Assembly (NCBI GenBank): GCA_016839785.1
Contig: JAEOTQ010000058.1
Location: forward strand, 1-28,950
Direction of reading: 5' to 3'
Length of the DNA stretch: 28,950 nt
DNA from: Candidatus Hodarchaeota archaeon
Lineage (GTDB): Archaea; Asgardarchaeota; Heimdallarchaeia; Hodarchaeales; Hodarchaeaceae
Shown in pieces: positions 8,547 to 16,197 of the stretch. The translations under genes were made by a program, and so were the position numbers. The notes below the pieces were generated by a model, which was given only the letters and a program-made list of their open reading frames with translations, was not told where the DNA came from and made no database searches. The number at the start of each line of letters is the position of its first letter. Position 1 is the first letter of the stretch.

Positions 8547-11500
8547 CTATTGTGGTTCAAAATCGATAGTTCTACCACAATTACTACAGAACTTCGCTTC
8601 CATGGGCATTGGGGATCCACACTGAATACAATATTTATATAATGGAACCTGCGGTTTTGCTGTGAATTCCTGTGATGGTTTAATACGATAAGAGAAGGGG
8701 TCATATCGTTTCCGTTCATTTCGACGAATAAGATAAATAATCCCAACGGTTACTCCTAGGGAAAAGACAACGATGAGAATTACAAGAGGCATATCGATTA
8801 AACTGGGATTTGAGATCTGAAAAAACACTGGTTCAAGTATCGAATTCCCTTGTGTGTCTCGAATAAAGAAAAGAAGAATAAAATATTCCCCCTTGATCTT
8901 TACTTCGAGATCTTCCTCATCTGGTAGTGGAATAGGGAGATCGGGAACGGTAAAAATACCTGAATGTATACTACTATCTGAAATAGAGGGGTAAAGAGTA
9001 AAGGTGTCAAAAACAACGCGATCAGCAGCAAAAAGATAGTAATGGAGAAGTTGGTAGTAGACTTCAAAGTCTTCTGAGTTTGAGTCTTCTAGTTTCAGGG
9101 AAATCTCGATTTCCTCAGAAGCTTTCCATTTGGGTAAATCTTGGAATGTTAATAACTCTTGATGATCTTCAACTGATAGATCGTCTATATAGCTTTGAGA
9201 TGCTAGGATTTCTGGTTCGTCATCAGGAATATAGAAAAATTCACGTACTGCGTTTAATAAAATAGCTTGATTTTGTTCATTCTTCCACCACACTTGAACT
9301 TCATACGAGTAATATCCTGTGTGTAGGTTATTTGGTATCAGCCAACTTGCTGATTTAGACTCCAATGTATCATTAGCAAGGGAAATTTCACTTGTGTAAC
9401 TAGTAGTATATATTTTGGAATCCAAGGGTGGAATTAAAACGTCAAGGGAATCCTCATACTGACTAGATATGATTAGATTGGCTGAAACATTTAATGAGCT
9501 GGTATGTGTCACTGTTACTTCTAATCCTTCATCTATAAGGAGACCTGACTCCTCCCACCAAGAGGGTACCGATATGTTTGAAGATGACAAAGTCACAACT
9601 TCAATTTCCTCAATAAGGGGAACTTGAGTAGTAGGGAGGAGAAGACTTAGATTAATATTCAATTCTCCAGGAATGGTTCCAGCCAGACCTAGTCTCATAT
9701 TAGTTCCTTCAACACCTTCTATAGAGAAATTAAGATAAGAAAAACCAAGTGTGTTATTATACGGAATAGCAATATCATGGATTATGGACCCATTAGCAAA
9801 TTCAATTGTGAGAAAAAAATTCTGAAAAGACGAGGGATAAAGTGCAATCTCCAGTGCATTAGAATTCGTATCTAGATGAGCATTGAATGTAACCTGAGGA
9901 GGAGACAACCAATCCAAAATATTGGAAACGAAAATCTGCCCAGACGTGCTTCGTAGGTAGGAGGGAGAAATCCATTCTTCACTACCGAGAATTAGTATTT
10001 TTCCTTTACCATCTGGTTCCAAACCAGCTAAAACAAGTTGTGTGTCTAATTGAGCGTAATGTGAAAGTGAAGCATCAGAAATATTCCCGTAAAAAGCCGT
10101 TCCTCCTAGTCTTGGAAGATCATCGACTCCAGTAAAGAATGGATTTTCATTATTTTTTATTAAATCGGTCATTGTCCGATATTTTGAGACTGGGAATCGT
10201 TCTCGGCCATCATCAACGTAATTAACTAGTTCAGTCCTATCAGAGAGATTAATAGGTAAATTTAACCCATCTACTAATTTTTCGTATGGATCAAGATTGA
10301 AGTACGGAAGAAATGATGTCACCAGAAGAATAGATCCATTTTTTTCATGAAAATCTATAATAAATTCAATCTCTCGATATGTTAAGGGATCTTCAAGGTC
10401 TGTCAGGACTAATATTCCATTTTGTGAAAGATTTGCATCAAAAATTGGAGAATTATAATCTACTATATCATATTGATAACTCGAACTTTGTAGTATCTGA
10501 TTCAAAGAATGGTAATTTAAGAAGTATGAATCATCAATCCCTGTATGGTAAGTGTCCCAGTAAATTTTCTCCTTTGGTAATTGTACCTCGAAAGTAATCG
10601 GCAATTGATAGCTTTGAATTCCAAAGGTATAACTGAGATACCCCTCATAGGAGGCCAGGGGAACATTATAAGGAATATCGAGTTTAAGTATTCTTTCAAA
10701 ATATGCTGCGGAAGAGAAAGTGGCTGGAGTAGTATTGAAATCAATGAAGGGAATTAAATCCTCACTTATCTCCCAAGAGATTGTTCCACCTGTGCCAGTT
10801 ACAAATGGAATACTAATTTCCACATGATCACCTGGAAAGGAAATAGGTTGAAAAAACTCGATTCCATCCTCATACGCCCTTGGAATCGAAGAAATTATTT
10901 CATATCCAGAGCTGATTTGCGAATTCCTTAGTTTTTCTGCTGCTGAACCTACATTTATAAGGCCACTTCCTTGGGTGTATATCGTTTCACCATCACCTAA
11001 ATCTGAAGCGGATTCTTGTAAGGCTGCACGAATAGCGTAAGGTGATGCATCAGGAAATTGATCCAATAGTAATGCTACGGCTCCACTTACAACTGGAGTT
11101 GCCATCGATGTACCTGACAATATAATATAATCCGAAATAGAAACGTCAACGAGTGCGTTGTATGCTAAGTCCATCACACCCCCTGATGCAAGTGGACCAA
11201 CAATTTGGTATCCAGGAGCAATAATGTCAGGATCAGGTCGGAAATCATAAGTCGGTCCTTGGCTTGAAAAATATACTACATTGTTGCTCCCATTTGACGC
11301 GCCTACTGTTAATGATTTTTTTGCGGAAGCAGGTGTATTAATCGTCATGAAAGGAATGGAACCATCAGCTTCATTCCCTGCGGCTGTTACAACTGTAATT
11401 CCATGATCAACAACAGTATTTACTGCTTGTGCAAGAATATCCTCGGACTCCCATGGAGAAGTAAGACCAAATCCCAGTGAAATTGAAACCACATTAACAT

Positions 11501-12263
11501 TTTGTTCCACAGCTTCATCTAAGGCCGCAATAACGGCCGAACTGGAAGAACTCCCAAACATATCAGCTACCTTGAGATTTACTACTTCGGAGCCCGGAGC
11601 AATTCCGGGGAAAGAACCTCCACCTGCGGCAATACCAGCAACATGAGTCCCATGACCGTGAAGATCATATATCCCCTCTTCAGAAGAATATCCATATTCT
11701 GGTAATATAAATGACTCTTGATAACCGATGTTAGCAAAAGCAGAGTGGCTATCATCTAATCCTGAATCAAGCACAGCAATTTTCACACCACTACCATCAT
11801 ATCCTGCACTTGTTAATGGTAAACTATTAATGATATCCCTTGGTAATACATAATTTTGCTGCCCAACTTGAATCTTCTTCAGTGTTAACTCTTCTACAGA
11901 GGGTAAGACATTTTTAAGTTTAGAGGCTTGTAAATAGGGAGTAATTTTCCCGAAATCTTTTTTCAATACAGTAAGCTCGGTTTCTGTTAGGGAAATCATA
12001 CCGACCAGTACATTTTCAAAAAATCTTGGAACTCCATACCCATTCTGGTCAAAAAGCTTCTCGAAATAATCTTTCTCTCCTTTCTGATACGAAAATAAGT
12101 ATGGTGTACGACTTTTAACACTTGAAGGAATGCCTATCGAGTGATTCTCTAAATTTTCAGGTTTTTCATCGTCTAATGTAACTAGTAGATTCGGAAATGA
12201 TATTAAGAAAATTAGAAGTACGTTACTTGTAAAAAAAATGATTTTCTGACTTAATATATTCAA
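8547..12263 (-). CDS. Membrane-anchored S8 subtilase, site-1-protease-like architecture, with C-terminal TM helix and zinc ribbon
   Basis: N-terminal hydrophobic signal; catalytic VLDSG, HGHGTHVAG, AAGNE and SGTSMATP; TM LVILIVVFSLGVTVGIIYLI followed by RR; CIQC...CSNC zinc ribbon. TTG start preceded by GAGG. Confidence 0.92.
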   Translation of the reverse strand: MNILSQKIIFFTSNVLLIFLISFPNLLVTLDDEKPENLENHSIGIPSSVKSRTPYLFSYQKGEKDYFEKLFDQNGYGVPRFFENVLVGMISLTETELTVLKKDFGKITPYLQASKLKNVLPSVEELTLKKIQVGQQNYVLPRDIINSLPLTSAGYDGSGVKIAVLDSGLDDSHSAFANIGYQESFILPEYGYSSEEGIYDLHGHGTHVAGIAAGGGSFPGIAPGSEVVNLKVADMFGSSSSSAVIAALDEAVEQNVNVVSISLGFGLTSPWESEDILAQAVNTVVDHGITVVTAAGNEADGSIPFMTINTPASAKKSLTVGASNGSNNVVYFSSQGPTYDFRPDPDIIAPGYQIVGPLASGGVMDLAYNALVDVSISDYIILSGTSMATPVVSGAVALLLDQFPDASPYAIRAALQESASDLGDGETIYTQGSGLINVGSAAEKLRNSQISSGYEIISSIPRAYEDGIEFFQPISFPGDHVEISIPFVTGTGGTISWEISEDLIPFIDFNTTPATFSSAAYFERILKLDIPYNVPLASYEGYLSYTFGIQSYQLPITFEVQLPKEKIYWDTYHTGIDDSYFLNYHSLNQILQSSSYQYDIVDYNSPIFDANLSQNGILVLTDLEDPLTYREIEFIIDFHEKNGSILLVTSFLPYFNLDPYEKLVDGLNLPINLSDRTELVNYVDDGRERFPVSKYRTMTDLIKNNENPFFTGVDDLPRLGGTAFYGNISDASLSHYAQLDTQLVLAGLEPDGKGKILILGSEEWISPSYLRSTSGQIFVSNILDWLSPPQVTFNAHLDTNSNALEIALYPSSFQNFFLTIEFANGSIIHDIAIPYNNTLGFSYLNFSIEGVEGTNMRLGLAGTIPGELNINLSLLLPTTQVPLIEEIEVVTLSSSNISVPSWWEESGLLIDEGLEVTVTHTSSLNVSANLIISSQYEDSLDVLIPPLDSKIYTTSYTSEISLANDTLESKSASWLIPNNLHTGYYSYEVQVWWKNEQNQAILLNAVREFFYIPDDEPEILASQSYIDDLSVEDHQELLTFQDLPKWKASEEIEISLKLEDSNSEDFEVYYQLLHYYLFAADRVVFDTFTLYPSISDSSIHSGIFTVPDLPIPLPDEEDLEVKIKGEYFILLFFIRDTQGNSILEPVFFQISNPSLIDMPLVILIVVFSLGVTVGIIYLIRRNERKRYDPFSYRIKPSQEFTAKPQVPLYKYCIQCGSPMPMEAKFCSNCGRTIDFEPQ

Positions 12264-12493
12264 TAAAATGCCTCAATGTCTTTTTTGATATTCTAGGAAT
12301 AGTTAGACTTTGATATTTCTTAATAACCGTACAGAGAACTGCTATGTAAAAACGCTTGCTAGGGAAATTCTGAATTTTATATTAAAAAATAGTCAAAGCT
12401 GCAAGAGAGTCTTCATGATTTTTGAATGAATATGGAGACGAAGAGTAGAAGATCGAGAAAATACGCTATATTTCATAAAAAGTAAAAAGGATC

Positions 12494-12501
12494 AAAAAAA
12501 A
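12494..12501 (-). terminator. Oligo-T (T8) archaeal-type terminator after the 73-aa ORF
   Basis: A8 run on the + strand, 6 nt beyond the stop codon of 12508..12729. Confidence 0.45.
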
Positions 12502-12507
12502 GCTTTC

Positions 12508-12729
12508 TTAGTAAATTTGATCTTTTAATTCCTTCATACCCTCTTGTAACTGCTTCGCAGCATTTTCTTTTCTACGTTGGTACTCCTCTTCAATTTGTAC
12601 CTGTCTTTCTCTCTCATTTCTGACAATTTTCAGTTGATCCTCGAGGGTAATATCTGCTTTCTTATATTTTTGATCCTCTACCGAACGTTTCAACCTTTTA
12701 ACTATTTCCTGAAAGTTTGTATTACTCAT
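12508..12729 (-). CDS. Small charged coiled-coil hypothetical protein (73 aa)
   Basis: Non-overlapping intergenic ORF with E/K/Q/R-rich helical pattern, TATA-like CTTATAAG near 12820 and a downstream T8 tract. Confidence 0.7.
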   Translation of the reverse strand: MSNTNFQEIVKRLKRSVEDQKYKKADITLEDQLKIVRNERERQVQIEEEYQRRKENAAKQLQEGMKELKDQIY

Positions 12730-12880
12730 TTGAGAGGAATCCTAATATACTAATCCTCGGAACAATTTCCGTAGTTTTTGGGAATGATACTCGTCTACTC
12801 GCTTATGTGAATTTCTCTTCTTATAAGGATTATTACTAAGGATAAAAATAGACTTAAATCGATATGGCATTTAGAGTAAT

Positions 12881-13840
12881 CTATCGTTTGGGCGATTGAC
12901 GAACTCTACGTGTTCTTTTCTCAACTATATTATCTCTATATATCCCTTTTCCAAAAAATGAATCGGATGGAATTAATTCACTGGGATAAATTTCCCTTGT
13001 TTTCTCAGAAAGGTATTCCTTAAGATTAGAGGGTAATTCCGAGACAATTTCATCTTTAACTTCTTCTGGATCGATTCCTATCTTATAGATCCGTTTAAAA
13101 AATTGATTGATGTTGTTTATATCGATTTCAAGCATTTTTACAGCTCTATCTATGCGAATTCGTACTGGCGTGTTAACAAATGACTTAGTATTGTATTCTA
13201 CCGATTGGGAAACATCCATTGTGAAAAGTTTTCCAGAATGGGTTTGAATCATAAGATTGTGCTCAGAATAATCGCCGTGGATCATCCGACTCTTTAAAAA
13301 TATTTGAGCAATGATATCGATAGCTGAATGAAGGATTTCTTCTGGATCGAAAGATGATAGATCTACGTTCCGGATGAGAGGCGCGGGGATCATAGGTGAA
13401 GAGGGACTTTCGGGAATAAAGTCCATTACAACAATATTTTGTAAAAGACTACGTGGTTTTGGCACAGAGGTGAAATTTTTCATCGCATGTAAGTTCCAAT
13501 ACTCTTGTTTTGCTGCAATCATCGCCATATCACTAGGTAAAAGGTGGATTGTTCCCCGTAATCGTTTCTTGATTGTACTAGTGTAATACCGAAATACTTT
13601 AGCGCATACCAGATCTCCTGTTATATCTTCTGCCAATAAAACTGTAGCCTCTTTTCCCCCTCCGATAATAGAAAATATTTGCTTCACTTTTCGTGTTTCA
13701 AGGAGTTGCTTTTTTGCCTCAGAAATGCGAACTTCAGCAGGAAGAACTTTGGCTTCACGCTTTTTACGATGATCTTCTCTTCCAGGAGCAATTTTTCCAT
13801 ATCTTTCGAATCCAATTCTTTGATTATGATTTGTACTCAT
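12881..13840 (-). CDS. RIO1-family atypical Ser/Thr kinase/ATPase
   Basis: GGGKEATV P-loop, AKVFR lysine, catalytic loop IHGDYSEHN, metal-binding MDVSQSV; strong AGGAGG ribosome-binding site. Confidence 0.9.
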   Translation of the reverse strand: MSTNHNQRIGFERYGKIAPGREDHRKKREAKVLPAEVRISEAKKQLLETRKVKQIFSIIGGGKEATVLLAEDITGDLVCAKVFRYYTSTIKKRLRGTIHLLPSDMAMIAAKQEYWNLHAMKNFTSVPKPRSLLQNIVVMDFIPESPSSPMIPAPLIRNVDLSSFDPEEILHSAIDIIAQIFLKSRMIHGDYSEHNLMIQTHSGKLFTMDVSQSVEYNTKSFVNTPVRIRIDRAVKMLEIDINNINQFFKRIYKIGIDPEEVKDEIVSELPSNLKEYLSEKTREIYPSELIPSDSFFGKGIYRDNIVEKRTRRVRQSPKR

Positions 13841-13960
13841 ATTAACTACCTCCTGGTGATAATTTAATCCGTAACATTTAGGACAGCTGACAGGATTATT
13901 TGAAAATGCTTGTTTAAAGGCAATTTTTCCTTCAATTTAATTTTTCACCATGAATATCTG

Positions 13961-13978
13961 CTTTTATATAGCAATTTC
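13961..13978 (-). promoter_or_regulatory. Putative BRE/TATA promoter for the RIO1 kinase gene
   Basis: Minus strand reads GAAATTGC-TATATAAAAG about 120 nt upstream of the start codon. Confidence 0.4.
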
Positions 13979-14205
13979 CATGTATTGAAACAGAATTTAA
14001 AAATCTTCCTATTAAATTAGTTCTATAATTGATAGATGGAGTATCCACTTAATAAAGGAGATCTTACTGTCACATATGGTATATTAAGCATATCCAACTC
14101 TTCTAATGTATAATTTCAATGATACCTGTATGGGTTCAAACTGAACCCTCTTTCCAAAGGAAAATGAAAGGCCAATTTGAAAGGAAATTCTCTATATAGA
14201 GAGGC

Positions 14206-14261
14206 AAACAAAAAGAGATTTCTTGAGATATGTGAGTTTATTCACTCAACCCAAGATACCC
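14206..14261 (-). terminator. Long imperfect hairpin plus U-tract overlapping the stop codon of the 25-aa ORF
   Basis: Minus strand: TCTTGGG pairs with CTCAAGA and TGAGT with ACTCA around loop GAATAA, followed by TTTTTGTTT. Confidence 0.5.
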
Positions 14262-14323
14262 GTGACTTGCGTGCAAGTAGACCCAATCAAACAGACATTC
14301 ATCTTCATAGTTTTGTTTAACAT
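14246..14323 (-). CDS. Small peptide / possible leader peptide MLNKTMKMNVCLIGSTCTQVTGILG (25 aa)
   Basis: Read manually: ATG at 14323 with GAGGTGA Shine-Dalgarno (14339-14333) 9 nt upstream, TGA at 14248-14246. Confidence 0.55.
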   Translation of the reverse strand: MLNKTMKMNVCLIGSTCTQVTGILG

Positions 14324-14427
14324 TGCACCAATTCACCTCGGGTAATTAATTGTCACAAATAAGACGCTATAATTATCTTTTAAACTAAAAAGTATATTAC
14401 ATGCGAAATAATCTTACAAAATCTCTG

Positions 14428-15048
14428 TTATAAAGTCTTTTGCTTCGGCCATTCGATTGTATTGAGAAAATCTTCTAGTGTGGTCAATACATTCCATGCA
14501 ATTTCCTGTCTCATCAACAAACGCGATGGATTGCTTTCAAGTTTCAACTCAATAGCGGTATTTTTGACTGAAGTATCGATTGCCAAGAAGATTTCTCCCG
14601 CTCTTTTTCGAGTCCGCCGGCCTTGGAATTCCGTAGGTAACATACCAGTTTCTGCAATTCCAATATCTGAATTTGAATACTGACGAACCTTTTGTGCAAG
14701 GGAGTGAGCAGATTGAGGTGATACTGTACCAGGGCCATTATGAGTCAATAGATCAAGGGAAACTCCTAGCTTAATTTTCATTTCTGATGTATATGGGGTA
14801 ATTCCAAGAACAAAAAAATCAGATGCACCTTTTTTACCCGTTAGAAGATCACTTATTAATCCACATGTAGTTAGTTCAACAGTTGATATAGTTCTACCCG
14901 ATTCAACAAGTAAAGGTATTACAGTTTGTTGAGCATATTGGTGTAGTAAGTAGTATCCTTCCCCAATGAGTAATTCATCATCTTTTTGGGAATCTTTTAC
15001 GGAAAGCCTTAGGCTGTCTAAGTATGTTCCATCAGTAATTCGTAACAC
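14428..15048 (-). CDS. CinA C-terminal / PncC (NMN deamidase) fold protein, divergent active site
   Basis: ISTVELTTCGLISDLLT, GASDFF, YTSEMK, GTVS, SDIGIAETG and late R (LMRQ) match the PncC pattern. GTG start overlaps the upstream gene by 31 nt, so the start is uncertain. Confidence 0.85.
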   Translation of the reverse strand: MLRITDGTYLDSLRLSVKDSQKDDELLIGEGYYLLHQYAQQTVIPLLVESGRTISTVELTTCGLISDLLTGKKGASDFFVLGITPYTSEMKIKLGVSLDLLTHNGPGTVSPQSAHSLAQKVRQYSNSDIGIAETGMLPTEFQGRRTRKRAGEIFLAIDTSVKNTAIELKLESNPSRLLMRQEIAWNVLTTLEDFLNTIEWPKQKTL

Positions 15049-16034
15049 CTCTTTTCTAAGAATAAATGTTTCTTCTCCCGATATTCATTGAGAATTCGAG
15101 TAGCGATATTCTTGTTAGTAATATTATTTTTAATGAATTTTTGGGTGATTTGTATGCATTTGTTTAGATCTACTCCACGTTCAAGCATTATTCCTACGAA
15201 TATCTGTATAATCATTTGCGTTACTAAGATGGATTGATTTTTCGAATAAAGCTTAGCATTCTGAATGAAATCAAGTATTTGAGGGGGTAAGGAAGGGATT
15301 TTTACCGACTGATCGAGTGATAACTGATTTCGTACTTTTGTAGCGCTCTCAAACTGATATTTTTTTTCTAGGGGGACAAAAGAAACCTTCTTTGTCTCTC
15401 TTATCACTTTTTGTGATTCATGGGAAAGTGATTGAAGATAGGAACGAAAATCCTCGTTACTAACAACATCTTCTCTACCCGCAACGATGTAATTGGTTTG
15501 GAAAATCGCAGGAAGGATTTCACTTAATGTTTTAGAATAATATATCCCTTGGAATAATTTATCGAATACATCTATACCCATAATATAGGTAATATTATTC
15601 ATATTTCTGAAATACTTGTTAATGGCTTCAGTAAGATCAATATATCGTCCACTATTTGAGATACCAATCATCCATGGTAAATTAAGAGACTTTAAGGATA
15701 ATAAACTTTCTAACATCTCAACACGTAGACCTAATAACGAGTGGATAAATAAATCCGTCCCTTTTTCTACATGAGACAATGATAAAAGAATCAAAAGCGC
15801 TGTTTTAGCATGTGGATATTGCTTTTGATGAAGAGATAGAGACTCACAAATCAATTCAAAATGTGAAAGGAGCGGAGGATCAAAAGAACCTTGGATGACA
15901 AGGAGGTTATCAAAAATTTTGGTACCATAAAAATCTCTAATTATGTTGATAAGAGGCCCTTGTTTCTGGAAATCGAGTATAAGTTTTTGAGCTACCCACT
16001 CTATTCTTATAGCCGATTTTAGATACTCTTCCAT
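15018..16034 (-). CDS. HIGH-superfamily nucleotidyltransferase, NMN/NaMN adenylyltransferase-like (NadD/Pof1-like)
   Basis: GSFDPPLLSH, LLSLSHVEK, RVEM, MGID, ESATKVR and the terminal FIQNAKLY motif. Start moved to ATG 16034, which has a GGAG upstream. Confidence 0.8.
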   Translation of the reverse strand: MEEYLKSAIRIEWVAQKLILDFQKQGPLINIIRDFYGTKIFDNLLVIQGSFDPPLLSHFELICESLSLHQKQYPHAKTALLILLSLSHVEKGTDLFIHSLLGLRVEMLESLLSLKSLNLPWMIGISNSGRYIDLTEAINKYFRNMNNITYIMGIDVFDKLFQGIYYSKTLSEILPAIFQTNYIVAGREDVVSNEDFRSYLQSLSHESQKVIRETKKVSFVPLEKKYQFESATKVRNQLSLDQSVKIPSLPPQILDFIQNAKLYSKNQSILVTQMIIQIFVGIMLERGVDLNKCIQITQKFIKNNITNKNIATRILNEYREKKHLFLEKRCYELLMEHT

Positions 16035-16197
16035 GAATATTCTCCACGTGAAGATAAAAAAACCTAATAATAAATCATATGATCTTTCACGATTTCCCTG
16101 TAAAAATCTTCGTGTATTTCGCTCTGATATACACCCAAACATTTTTTCTCTTATCTTAAATCTCGTTAATTGCTATCTAAACGGGAAGTGTCCATAA

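Noticed and set aside
13841-13936. In-frame open stretch with a CPKC motif upstream of the RIO kinase ATG
   Set aside because: No ATG/GTG/TTG after the in-frame TAA, only one CxxC, and a strong AGGAGG supports the annotated start.
14246-14248. UGA in a hairpin as a selenocysteine/readthrough signal
   Set aside because: Readthrough adds only about 17 residues before a UAG and there is no recognisable selenoprotein or SECIS motif.
15018-15090. Possible -1 frameshift fusing the adenylyltransferase to the PncC domain
   Set aside because: The PncC frame is open for only about 12 codons above its GTG and I see no canonical slippery heptamer; simple overlap suffices.
16035-16142. Longer N-terminus of the nucleotidyltransferase
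   Set aside because: Falls in the divergent promoter region; ATG 16034 has a GGAG site.
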